From assembly GCA_016784545.1 (NCBI GenBank), contig JADHUM010000007.1, forward strand, positions 1,582-65,581: a DNA stretch of 64,000 nucleotides, written 5' to 3'. Below are positions 16,459 to 32,717 of this stretch, piece by piece. Source of the stretch: Fidelibacterota bacterium. GTDB taxonomy: Bacteria; Fidelibacterota; UBA8477; JABMPR01. Numbering within the stretch: the first letter of the stretch is position 1; the number at the start of each line of letters is the position of its first letter. Both the position numbers and the translations under genes were made by a program. The notes under the pieces were generated by a model. That model did no database searches. It had not been told where the DNA came from and saw nothing but the letters and a program-made list of their open reading frames with translations.

Positions 16459-18564
16459 ATGAAAAATAGATCAGCAAATAGACATCTGCTACATATCGTC
16501 CTGCTACTTTGTTTGAGTATGTTCAGTTTACAGGCCGGTACCTTTAAGTGGGCTCGGATCGGAAACATCGAAGTTAAGGTGGTTGACAATACCGATCAGG
16601 ATCAGCTAGCGGGTAGTCGTTCTGCCTATTACTACTACGATGACTACTGGGTGCCACTCATCTACAATGCTGGATGGCATCTGGGTATAAAGGACTGGAC
16701 TGATGAGAATGGAAATTTGTGGAACCACCGTGTTGTAGGGCCGGCTACGGCTGGTGCCAATGAGATCAATAATACATTTCCCATTAAGGATGAGGACGGA
16801 TTAACACTGCGTCGCTATTTGAGACATGAGCCCCCTATTGTGAAGGTTAATGGTGAGATATTAAGTGATGCATTTCCATTATCGGGAGATTTTGTTGATC
16901 CTGATTATATACCTGGTACCGCTGATATGATGTTTGAGAGCAAGGTGAACACAATTATAGGTCTAACCCTGGACCAGCGGGCGTTTGTTTGGAGTAGTCC
17001 TGATTATGATGATTTTATTATCTACGATTGGACATTTACCAACACAGGAAATGTTGATATGGATGACGATATTGAACTTCCCAATCAGACCCTGGAGGGT
17101 CTGTACTTCATGCGCATGAATAATTTTTACGCTCCTGGTAGGGGTGAACCATGGTATTCAACCTATGGAGAAAGACTTGATGATTCTCTCCGTATGATGT
17201 ATGCGTACCCCGCCAGAGGGTCGAAAAGTGATTACGATGATTATGGTGGTCCTGATGCTGGCAGTGATTTTCTAAGCTCTGCCTTCCATGTAGGTGAAGC
17301 AATCCTTCATGTGGATACTTCGCCCTCGGACAAAACCGATAATTGGGCTCAACCTGCCATCACAGGTGTAAATACAGTAGAGCTTAAATATTTAAAATTT
17401 GAAGCAGCCAATTATAGCCCAAGCGACATTGCCAAAGTTTATGATGTTCTGGAAAATGGATTTGGAAATGCACCGTATAATCTCCCATATCAAACTGATA
17501 ATGTTTTTGCCGGTACCAAGCACAGCGAGCGCATGGACGAACAAGGTTATAAATACCCTGATGAATTTCCCTGGTGGCTTTGGCGAGCGGTTACCCATGC
17601 CTCCATGGGTCCCTACACCCTGGGACCTGATGAGTCAATTCGGATTGTTTTTGCGCTGGTTGTAGGAACTATAAGTCCTGAGCTGGGACAAAGTGTGGGA
17701 GAAGACTGGGCACAGGGTAACGCAACCTGGGACGGCCTGGACATTTTACCACCTCCATTCCAAGACAATCCTGACCTCTACGACGATACGAATGATTGGG
17801 CCAAAGACAGTTGGGTTTCTACCGGAAGAGATTCACTTTTTAAAAATGCCTTTGCAGCCCAGATGGGTGTACAAAATGACTATGATCTACCCGTCCCACC
17901 ACGTCCTCCAAGTTTAGAGGTTATTGGACGCCCGGATTTTATTGAGGTGAATTGGGGCATTGAGAGCGAGTTGGATGCTGATTTTTCTGGTTACCGGGTG
18001 TATCGAAGCCATCCTGATACAAGCTTTATCAAGGTCTTTATTTGCGGTGGCAATACGGGGACTCCAGTTGTCCACCAATTTCAAGATACAACGGCTGTGC
18101 CGGGTGTAGGCTACTATTATTATGTCACTGCCTTCGATGATGGATTGAGCAACGGTCCCAGCCCACATGGAGGAGTACGTAGTTTGGAATCTGGTTGGAA
18201 TATCAACCGCACCACAGCTGCTGTTTACCGTACAGAGGCACCAGGTGAAACACTTTCTGCGATTCGCGTGGTTCCAAATCCATTGAATCTTTCAGGCAAT
18301 AATTGGCCTGGTGAGGAAGAGAAGATCGTATTCAAAGGCTTGCCAGCACTGGCAACAATAAAGGTTTATACTGAAAGTGGAGATCTGGTAAAGACCCTGG
18401 AGCACGAAGATAAATCTGGTGCAGAACATTGGGGAGGCAATGTAGCAAATCTTCACACAGTTACAGAGAGCGGACAACGCCTTGCCAGCGGAATCTATAT
18501 AGCCCATGTCACGGACAACGATACGGGAGAATCCGCCATGGTCAAATTTGTGATTGTAAGGTAA
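16459..18564 (+). CDS. Large secreted hypothetical protein with an FN3-like segment and a C-terminal beta-sandwich resembling a T9SS/FlgD-Ig-type tail.
   Basis: 701 aa with a signal peptide. It is rich in D/Y/W and has a PPRPPSLEVIGRPDFIEVNW...GYRVYRS segment that is FN3-like. The C-terminus is ALATIKVYTESGDLVKTLEH...GIYIAHV...VKFVIVR. It is translationally coupled between the receptor and the PorV-like gene. Confidence 0.5.
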   Translation: MKNRSANRHLLHIVLLLCLSMFSLQAGTFKWARIGNIEVKVVDNTDQDQLAGSRSAYYYYDDYWVPLIYNAGWHLGIKDWTDENGNLWNHRVVGPATAGANEINNTFPIKDEDGLTLRRYLRHEPPIVKVNGEILSDAFPLSGDFVDPDYIPGTADMMFESKVNTIIGLTLDQRAFVWSSPDYDDFIIYDWTFTNTGNVDMDDDIELPNQTLEGLYFMRMNNFYAPGRGEPWYSTYGERLDDSLRMMYAYPARGSKSDYDDYGGPDAGSDFLSSAFHVGEAILHVDTSPSDKTDNWAQPAITGVNTVELKYLKFEAANYSPSDIAKVYDVLENGFGNAPYNLPYQTDNVFAGTKHSERMDEQGYKYPDEFPWWLWRAVTHASMGPYTLGPDESIRIVFALVVGTISPELGQSVGEDWAQGNATWDGLDILPPPFQDNPDLYDDTNDWAKDSWVSTGRDSLFKNAFAAQMGVQNDYDLPVPPRPPSLEVIGRPDFIEVNWGIESELDADFSGYRVYRSHPDTSFIKVFICGGNTGTPVVHQFQDTTAVPGVGYYYYVTAFDDGLSNGPSPHGGVRSLESGWNINRTTAAVYRTEAPGETLSAIRVVPNPLNLSGNNWPGEEEKIVFKGLPALATIKVYTESGDLVKTLEHEDKSGAEHWGGNVANLHTVTESGQRLASGIYIAHVTDNDTGESAMVKFVIVR

Positions 18565-18577
18565 TGGTGGTCTAGTT

Positions 18578-19576
18578 ATGGAGATGATGATGAATAGATT
18601 GAATACAAGAATCCTGCTCTTTGGACTAGTCCTGGCGATTGCGGTGGTGCCTGGTCAGGCCGAACTGAAAAAGGTTGGTCAAACTGGATATCAATTCTTG
18701 AAGATTGATGCTAATGCAAGGGCGGCTGCCATGGGGGGAGCAGTGACTCTCGCTGGAAATGGGGCTGAGAATTTGTTCTATAATCCTGCTGGGATAGCCC
18801 TGCAAAGCAGAGGAATGGATGTGTTTACAAACCAGACACAATGGATTGCTGATATCTCGTACATCACCTTGGGTATTTCAAAGCGATTTGGAAACATCGG
18901 TACCTTCGGATTTTCTTATCAGACTGCCGACTACGGTGATATCATCGGGACACAGGTAGCAGATAATGAATTTGGATTTATTGAGACTGGGAGTGTCGAG
19001 GTTGCGGCCAGTGCAATTGGATTTGCCTACGCCAAGAAGCTAACGGACAAGTTTTCTCTCGGCGGTCACATGCGGTATGCCAGCCAAAAACTAGGTGAGA
19101 ATGAAGTTGAAGGTGAAAATAAATCAAATACTACTAGTGGTTTGGTATGGGATTTTGGGACCATTTTTTACCCCAATACGAGTAGCTTCCGATTTGGTAT
19201 GAGTATTCGGAATTTCAGTCAGGAGATGATCTATGAGCAATACAGTTTTGAGCTGCCCATAACCTTTATTATTGGTTTGGCTGCAGACGTTTTTGAAGTG
19301 TTGGGGATGTCTAAAAACCAATCCTTGCTGCTTGCTCTTGATGCGGTTCACCCAAGGGATTATACCGAGCGTGTACACCTGGGTCTGGAGTATGGGTTGA
19401 ACAATATGTTCTTTCTTCGATCTGGTTATAAGTTCAATTATGACTCTGAAGGTCTCTCCCTGGGAGCAGGGGTGAATCTGTCACTTGGTAGTATTGGCAC
19501 GCATATCAGCTATGCTTTAAGCCAGGCTGGGGATTTTTCACCGGTAAACAGGATATCCATATCAGCTAGCTTCTAG
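18578..19576 (+). CDS. PorV/PorQ-family (FadL-like) outer-membrane beta-barrel protein.
   Basis: Signal peptide, then GQTGYQFLKIDANARAAAMGGAVTLA...NLFYNPAGIA. The protein has alternating beta-strand character and ends in a terminal ...SASF. It is paralogous to 59815..60822. Confidence 0.55.
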   Translation: MEMMMNRLNTRILLFGLVLAIAVVPGQAELKKVGQTGYQFLKIDANARAAAMGGAVTLAGNGAENLFYNPAGIALQSRGMDVFTNQTQWIADISYITLGISKRFGNIGTFGFSYQTADYGDIIGTQVADNEFGFIETGSVEVAASAIGFAYAKKLTDKFSLGGHMRYASQKLGENEVEGENKSNTTSGLVWDFGTIFYPNTSSFRFGMSIRNFSQEMIYEQYSFELPITFIIGLAADVFEVLGMSKNQSLLLALDAVHPRDYTERVHLGLEYGLNNMFFLRSGYKFNYDSEGLSLGAGVNLSLGSIGTHISYALSQAGDFSPVNRISISASF

Positions 19577-19618
19577 CCAAATATATTGAAGTGAACTGAG
19601 AGTCAGTTGCTTCAATAA

Positions 19619-21730
<2,112 letters not shown>

Positions 21731-21749
21731 GAGTGATTGGGGATTCAAA

Positions 21750-26133
<4,384 letters not shown>

Positions 26134-26154
26134 GGCATTTAAGCTGAATAAATT

Positions 26155-28884
26155 ATGAAGATTGGCTCAGACAAATTGCTCTTTCCTCTTAGCCCGAGAT
26201 GCTTGTTATTGTTTTTCTGCGTGCTGGTAGTCCAGGACATCACAGCTGCAAACCATACTGCAAAACTCATGGGAGTCGAAGAAAAGAAATCGTTGATTCT
26301 TTCAGTGGATAAAGGCGTCTCCCTATCAATCACAGGCGATATTCAAGTGTTGCTGGATGCTAAAGCAGAAGAATCTGTAAGATTGGAAATTGATCTGGGT
26401 CGCAATGATATCTACAATTTACATCTTGAACGCTTTCACCTTGTACAGGCGAGTGCTCGGATCGTTGAAATCAGGGATGATAGGCACTACGAGATTGAGG
26501 AACCCCTGGCATCCACTTACAGAGGGACGATTACAGATGATCCTAGCAGTCAGGTGAGATTAACCGTGGCTAGGAATTATCTATCCGGGTTCATTCAAAC
26601 AAGTACTGGCGAGAGGCTTGTTCTGGAAAATCAAGAATTTGAAAAATCCAGCTCGATTCAGATTCGTGCTATTCAAAATGGTGGAGGGATTGAGCAGGTC
26701 CGTGGCTATCAGGATGACTTTAGCTTATCACCAACGACCTACTCGAAGCAAATCCTCAATCCAAATAATATTGCTATGCATAAGACCTTTTCGGAGAATG
26801 GTATGCTTACCGCCGAAATCGCAATAATCGCTGATTATGAAGCCTATTTGAAAGCGAATTCCAGCATGGAGCTCGCAAACGAACTTCTCAGCATATTGAA
26901 CTATATGGACGCCTACTACAATCAACTCAATATTCAATATCAGCTTGTTGAGATGATCATTTTCGCTGATTCTTATTCTGGGGGTCTGCCTCAGACAACT
27001 GACGCAGGTGCTTACTTGAGGGCTGTTGATAATTGGGTCGCAGGCGGTGGCGTCTCAAATTGGCATGACATTGCAACATTCTGGACTGGCAGGATCATTG
27101 GCTACTCATATGCATGGCTTAACACAATCGGACAGTTTGGGCGCCATCATCTTGTTGAGTTTTGGGGGATGGGAGAAACCCGTTGGTTGGCTAATTTTCA
27201 AGCCCACGAAGCCGGTCATAATTGGGGCGCAACCCATGTAGCCCATGACAGTCGATATATTATGAGCCCATATATATATGATGGGGTTATCAATTGGAAT
27301 GATACAACCCGCACTGCCTTCCAGAATCACATTCAAACTGCAGGGGCTGTCCTCGATACTGATCTACCAGATTCAAGTAGTTTCTTAATTTTCAATTCAC
27401 CACAGATTGTTGCTGATGACAATCAAAACGGGTTGGCTGATCCGGGAGAGTCAGTTGAACTTGAATTTGAAATAAAAAATGTAGGGGGGCAGAGCTCAGA
27501 AAATTCAAATCTCAGCCTACACTCCTCAGGCTCAAGCAGGGATTGGATAACTGTTCATAATCCGGATTTTAATTTTGGTGAAATTGAGGTGGATTCGAGT
27601 CTGAAAATAAGACATACTGTAGATTTGAATTCCAACATACCCGTGCCCTATATAGCAGAATTAATCTATACCATCCACTCTGGATTGGATAGCATGAGAT
27701 ACTACTACAGTATAACAATTGGGCAAAAAGCAGAGTACCATGCGAATATTGTAGCGGCTGAAGTTTCAGGGAATTCAGATGGGAAATTTGATCCAGGTGA
27801 ACGGGTATCCCTCGTACTTGATCTGGTTAACCATGGTCAGCGAGCCGGCGAAAATATTACGATCACCATTAGACCTGATGAGCAGGATGTTGACTATCTC
27901 GTCGATTTAGACACTTCGTACACCATTAGCAGATTGGATATCGACGAGTCAACCTACCTGATCATTCCCTTTTCGTTATCTCCCGATTTTCCAGAAGGTG
28001 AGGAGCTGGAGCTCTTTATTCAAATTACTGATACAGCGGAGCTGGTTACTTACAGCAAATCCTTCATGGTTGGGATGCCCTATGGATTTGTGTACTGGGA
28101 AGATTTTGAATATGATCAGCCAGGATCAAGTACCTCGGGCTGGAGTCTCCCAAATGCTAGCTCTTTGGACCTCCTGACCTCCCAGGATAGTATGGAAGTT
28201 TACGACAAAGTAAATGATCACTGGGTTTCAGCTCCTTTTGATGGTGATAGAGCACTGTCGTATGGACCAAACTGGGTAGGGTCTTTTAGGGTGATTTCCC
28301 CGCAAATTGATCTTAGAAGTGCTAGAAGACCAAAACTCAGCTTTCAAGAAATAAGAGCTTGGGATCCTACTCAAGCAGGTGGAACGCCAGAGCATTCCTT
28401 AAAATTGCAATATGGCTCCAATTCAGATGGACCTTGGTACACCCTACAAACCATTGCTGTTCACGAGGCTCTAATTGGAGTTTGGCAACAAGAGATCATT
28501 GATCTCGAAGCAGTCAAAGATAAAGAAGTCTATTTTTCTTTCAGTGGTAATCAGCAACATTATTACTGGCGCCTGGATAAGTTTACCATAGTGGATGGTG
28601 CTGCGAGTGATCCTGAAATGCCTGTGGGACATAAGGTATTCAGCTATCCTAATCCGTTCAATTCCACTGCGACAATTCTATATGATTTAGATAGAAGATC
28701 AGATATTCGAATTGAGCTCTATAACATTCGGGGACAGCTCGTGGAAGTGTTGGATCAAGGATCCAAACCAGCAGGGACATACTCTCTGCAATTACATGCC
28801 GCAGGATATGATTCAGGTATGTATTTATGCCGTCTTCAGACCGATGATAACTATCACATCTCCAAGTTGATGCTGATGAAGTAG
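26155..28884 (+). CDS. Secreted metzincin-type zinc metalloprotease with a T9SS C-terminal sorting domain.
   Basis: HEAGHNWGATH matches H-E-x-x-H-x-x-G-x-x-H. There is a signal peptide. The C-terminus is FSYPNPFNSTATILYDLDRRSDIRIELYNIRGQLV...GMYLCRLQTDDNYHISKLMLMK. Confidence 0.65.
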   Translation: MKIGSDKLLFPLSPRCLLLFFCVLVVQDITAANHTAKLMGVEEKKSLILSVDKGVSLSITGDIQVLLDAKAEESVRLEIDLGRNDIYNLHLERFHLVQASARIVEIRDDRHYEIEEPLASTYRGTITDDPSSQVRLTVARNYLSGFIQTSTGERLVLENQEFEKSSSIQIRAIQNGGGIEQVRGYQDDFSLSPTTYSKQILNPNNIAMHKTFSENGMLTAEIAIIADYEAYLKANSSMELANELLSILNYMDAYYNQLNIQYQLVEMIIFADSYSGGLPQTTDAGAYLRAVDNWVAGGGVSNWHDIATFWTGRIIGYSYAWLNTIGQFGRHHLVEFWGMGETRWLANFQAHEAGHNWGATHVAHDSRYIMSPYIYDGVINWNDTTRTAFQNHIQTAGAVLDTDLPDSSSFLIFNSPQIVADDNQNGLADPGESVELEFEIKNVGGQSSENSNLSLHSSGSSRDWITVHNPDFNFGEIEVDSSLKIRHTVDLNSNIPVPYIAELIYTIHSGLDSMRYYYSITIGQKAEYHANIVAAEVSGNSDGKFDPGERVSLVLDLVNHGQRAGENITITIRPDEQDVDYLVDLDTSYTISRLDIDESTYLIIPFSLSPDFPEGEELELFIQITDTAELVTYSKSFMVGMPYGFVYWEDFEYDQPGSSTSGWSLPNASSLDLLTSQDSMEVYDKVNDHWVSAPFDGDRALSYGPNWVGSFRVISPQIDLRSARRPKLSFQEIRAWDPTQAGGTPEHSLKLQYGSNSDGPWYTLQTIAVHEALIGVWQQEIIDLEAVKDKEVYFSFSGNQQHYYWRLDKFTIVDGAASDPEMPVGHKVFSYPNPFNSTATILYDLDRRSDIRIELYNIRGQLVEVLDQGSKPAGTYSLQLHAAGYDSGMYLCRLQTDDNYHISKLMLMK

Positions 28885-28901
28885 GAGAGGGATAGCAATT
28901 C

Positions 28902-29930
28902 ATGAATCGAAAATCACCAACATTAAAAGATATCGCTAACGAACTTGGTTTATCCATTTCGACTGTTTCACGTGCCTTACAAGACCATGCAGGCATTGCA
29001 GAAGAAACTATCACCAAAGTTAAAAAGGTGGCGGAGCGATTTGACTACTTCCCGGATAGCATAGCCAAGAATCTTAAGACAAACGCCTCAAGGACAATTG
29101 GGGTAATTGTGCCAGAGATAAAGCATGACTTTTTTTCCTCAGCAATAGATGGGATGGAAGATTTAGCGTACAAGCACGGATTCACAATTATCGTTTCCAA
29201 ATCTAACGAGGATTATAACCGTGAAGTCTTAAATACTCACAACATGCTATCAAATAGAGTGGCTGGAATCGTAGCATCTGTCTCTCAAACAACACAGGAT
29301 GGAGATCATTTTCGACGATTTCTGCGAAGGGGCATACCCGTTGTACTATTTGATCGCGTCCTGGATAATTTAGATGTTTCCAAAGTGATTGTTGATGATT
29401 ACGAGGGGGCGTTTAAGGCCACCCAACATTTGATAGAAATGGGGTATAGACGCATTAGTCACCTCGCTGGGCCAACCTATCTGAGTATAGCAAGGGAACG
29501 ATTAAGAGGGTATAGAGAAGCGCTGGCAAAACATAACATTGAGTATGATGAAGAAATTGTTATTCATGGGACCTTAGAAGAACGATCCGGTACAATAGGG
29601 ATAAAGACTCTATTTGAGTTATCTGATCCGCCAGATGCGATCTTTGCCATTAATGATCCAGTAGCCGTTGGTGCTCACAAAGAAGTAATTGCAATGGGAT
29701 TAAACATTCCTGCCGATATTGGAATTACTGGATTTAGTAACAATCCCATTACTGAACTTATTGACCCTCCCTTAACAACCATTGACCAGCATGGATATAA
29801 AATGGGACAAGAAGCTGTCCAAATTTTGATGGATGAACTAAATACTGTAATGGAGAAACGGAAGAAATTTACCCGGATAGTTGAGACTACACTTATCGTT
29901 AGAGAATCAACTCAGCGACAAATAAAATAA
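28902..29930 (+). CDS. LacI-family transcriptional regulator.
   Basis: N-terminal PTLKDIANELGLSISTVSRALQD is a LacI HTH. It is followed by a periplasmic-binding-protein-like sugar-binding core. Confidence 0.8.
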   Translation: MNRKSPTLKDIANELGLSISTVSRALQDHAGIAEETITKVKKVAERFDYFPDSIAKNLKTNASRTIGVIVPEIKHDFFSSAIDGMEDLAYKHGFTIIVSKSNEDYNREVLNTHNMLSNRVAGIVASVSQTTQDGDHFRRFLRRGIPVVLFDRVLDNLDVSKVIVDDYEGAFKATQHLIEMGYRRISHLAGPTYLSIARERLRGYREALAKHNIEYDEEIVIHGTLEERSGTIGIKTLFELSDPPDAIFAINDPVAVGAHKEVIAMGLNIPADIGITGFSNNPITELIDPPLTTIDQHGYKMGQEAVQILMDELNTVMEKRKKFTRIVETTLIVRESTQRQIK

Positions 29931-29962
29931 GTTATAGGTATCGCAAAATTAAGAAGTTCAAA

Positions 29963-31057
29963 ATGAGTGAGAATGTCAAAATAAAGACGTGTGGTATAAT
30001 TTCTGAATATCCTTTTGGTCAGCTAAAAACTGGCGAGAAAATCTCCAAATATTGTTTGACAAATAATAATAAGCTATCTGTCAATGTTCTCAATTATGGT
30101 GGAATATTGCAATCCATAAAGACACCTGATTTGAGCGGCAATTTTTCTGATATACTCCTGGGGTATGACAATCTGGAAGGATATCTGGAAGATGAATCAT
30201 ATATGGGTGCTGTAATCGGGAGGTTTGCAAATAGAATTGCGGGGGGAACATTCGTACTTGATAATACTGCTTATCCATTGACAAAAAATGATGGGATAAA
30301 TTGTATTCATGGTGGTCAAATTGGATTCAATCGGGTTGTATGGGAGGCTGAAAAATTAGATTCGGGGAAGGGCGAAATGCTTTTATTGAGTCATAATAGC
30401 CCGCATGGTGATCAAGGCTTCCCAGGAAATTTATCTGTTAGTGCCCTATATGCCCTAAATGATGACAACGAATTGAATATTAGAATAAGGGCAATGAGTG
30501 ACCGGAAGACAGTGATAAATGTTTCACTGCATCCATATTTCAATTTGTCCGGTACACCTGCATCTGACCTTGATTCTCATTTACTCTCAATTGAGGCTCA
30601 AAAATATTTACCAATCAACGAACATATGGTTCCAACTGGAGAAATAAGATCTGTAGCAAATTCAGTCTTTGATTTTCGAAATGAAATTCCAATCCACTCG
30701 CGAATCGTGGATGATAATTCCCAGTTAACAATTGCAGGCGGATTTGACCACTGTTTCATAATTAACGAGCCAAACGGTAGCCTGAGAAGTATGGCTGTGC
30801 TCGAGGATATCGAAAGTGGAAGATCGCTTACCCTCTCATCGAATGCACCAGCTATGCAGTTATATACAGCAAACTTTCTGAATGGAAGCGTTAAGGGGAA
30901 GGGTGGAATCTCCTTTGATAAATGGCAAGCTGTCTGCCTGGAACCAGAAGAATATCCAAATTCTCCCAGAGAGAACAAATTTCCATCCCCGGTGCTTGAG
31001 GCGAACGACGAATATGACCATCAAATCCAATACAAATTTGATGTTTTAAACAAATAA
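29963..31057 (+). CDS. galM: Aldose 1-epimerase (galactose mutarotase).
   Basis: NCIHGGQIGFNRVVW and SLHPYFNLSG are GalM signatures. The catalytic His and Glu are in the expected context. Confidence 0.8.
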   Translation: MSENVKIKTCGIISEYPFGQLKTGEKISKYCLTNNNKLSVNVLNYGGILQSIKTPDLSGNFSDILLGYDNLEGYLEDESYMGAVIGRFANRIAGGTFVLDNTAYPLTKNDGINCIHGGQIGFNRVVWEAEKLDSGKGEMLLLSHNSPHGDQGFPGNLSVSALYALNDDNELNIRIRAMSDRKTVINVSLHPYFNLSGTPASDLDSHLLSIEAQKYLPINEHMVPTGEIRSVANSVFDFRNEIPIHSRIVDDNSQLTIAGGFDHCFIINEPNGSLRSMAVLEDIESGRSLTLSSNAPAMQLYTANFLNGSVKGKGGISFDKWQAVCLEPEEYPNSPRENKFPSPVLEANDEYDHQIQYKFDVLNK

Positions 31058-31067
31058 GGAATTCACA

Positions 31068-32702
31068 ATGGAGTTTTCATTAGTCGATTATCTGGTATTT
31101 GCATCCTATGCTATTCTCATAGTCTCGGTTGGCTTATGGGTATCCAGAACCAAAGAAGGTCATGAGAAGAACGCCGAGGACTATTTCCTCGCTGGTAAAT
31201 CACTACCTTGGTGGGCCATTGGCGCATCGCTGATTGCTGCAAACATCTCTGCTGAACAGTTTATAGGCATGTCAGGATCTGGATTTTCTCTGGGTCTGGC
31301 AATTGCTTCCTACGAATGGATGGCAGCGCTTACTTTACTCATCGTCGGTAAATATTTTCTGCCCATCTTTATTGAAAAGAAAATTTATACCATCCCCCAG
31401 TTTGTTGAGGTTCGCTACAGCAAAAACCTGAAAACAATTCTAGCAGTATTCTGGATTGGATTATTTATTTTTGTAAACCTCACCTCAGTTCTTTTCCTCG
31501 GTGCTAAGGCACTTGATACCATTTTAGGCACAGGCAATGGTGATTATATCATGCATGGTATCCTGGCGCTGGCTTTCTTTGCTGCAGCCTACTCCATCTG
31601 GGGCGGTCTGTCTGCTGTGGCCTGGACTGATGTTATTCAGGTTATCCTGTTGATAGTGGGTGGTTTGATTACCTCCATCATCGCTGTGAACCATGTAACA
31701 CCAGATGGTGGAATGTTGAATGGTTTATCACATATCTACAACGTCGCGAGTGATCATTTCCACATGATTCTAAAGAAGGGACATCCCAGTTTTAGTAATC
31801 TACCTGGTATTGCCGTTCTCGTAGGTGGGATGTGGGTGGCCAATCTGTACTACTGGGGTTTTAACCAGTATATCATTCAGAGAACCTTTGCTGCCAAATC
31901 CTTAAAAGAAGCTCAAAAGGGTATTGCTTTTGCGGCCTTCCTGAAGCTTATCATTCCTCTCATTGTTGTGATCCCTGGTATCGTTGCCTATGTCATGTTC
32001 ACGTCTCCTGAAGGCACAGCCGCCATTCCGGGTGTGAAAGAGGCCTTTAGTACAGGTGGAGTGGGAATCAACTATGATAAAGCATATCCCTGGTTAATCA
32101 GTCAATTTGTGCCCACTGGATTGCAAGGACTCGTGCTTGCGGCGCTCTCTGCAGCCATCGTGTCCTCTCTGGCTTCCATGTTGAATTCAACCTCAACCAT
32201 TTTCACCATGGATATTTATCGTGCCTACATCAATAAAGGTGCTGATGACAAAGCCACAGTCAAAGTGGGTCGCTTAGCTGTTCTGGCTGCCCTGGTTATT
32301 GCCGTTCTGGTCGCTCCAACCCTGGGTTCCGTGAAGGAAATGTTTCAGTACATTCAGGAATACACTGGACTGGTTAGCCCCGGAATACTTGGTGTATTCA
32401 TGATGGGTCTATTTTATAAGAGATCGACTAACAATGCTGCCATCTGGGGTGCTGTTTCTTCAATCCCCCTTGCCCTGGTGCTCAAGTTGGGTACCTCCAT
32501 GCCCTGGATGCATCAGATGATGATCGTCTGGATTGCCACTATGATTATTATTGCTATTGTCAGCCAGATTGAAGGCAAAGGTACCAGCGATCCCAAGGGG
32601 ATTCCTGTTTCCAGGAAATACTTCGAAACGGAACCTGTCTTTAATATCAGTGCAATGATTATCGGAGTGATCCTGGTAGCACTGTACGCAGTCTTCTGGT
32701 AG
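31068..32702 (+). CDS. Sodium:solute symporter (SSS/SGLT family). It is the likely galactose/glucose transporter for this locus.
   Basis: 544 aa with ~14 TM helices. It has the SSS N-terminal YFLAGKSLPWWAIGASLIAANISAEQFIGMSG motif. Confidence 0.75.
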   Translation: MEFSLVDYLVFASYAILIVSVGLWVSRTKEGHEKNAEDYFLAGKSLPWWAIGASLIAANISAEQFIGMSGSGFSLGLAIASYEWMAALTLLIVGKYFLPIFIEKKIYTIPQFVEVRYSKNLKTILAVFWIGLFIFVNLTSVLFLGAKALDTILGTGNGDYIMHGILALAFFAAAYSIWGGLSAVAWTDVIQVILLIVGGLITSIIAVNHVTPDGGMLNGLSHIYNVASDHFHMILKKGHPSFSNLPGIAVLVGGMWVANLYYWGFNQYIIQRTFAAKSLKEAQKGIAFAAFLKLIIPLIVVIPGIVAYVMFTSPEGTAAIPGVKEAFSTGGVGINYDKAYPWLISQFVPTGLQGLVLAALSAAIVSSLASMLNSTSTIFTMDIYRAYINKGADDKATVKVGRLAVLAALVIAVLVAPTLGSVKEMFQYIQEYTGLVSPGILGVFMMGLFYKRSTNNAAIWGAVSSIPLALVLKLGTSMPWMHQMMIVWIATMIIIAIVSQIEGKGTSDPKGIPVSRKYFETEPVFNISAMIIGVILVALYAVFW

Positions 32703-32717
32703 GTCTTCGGTGCACGA

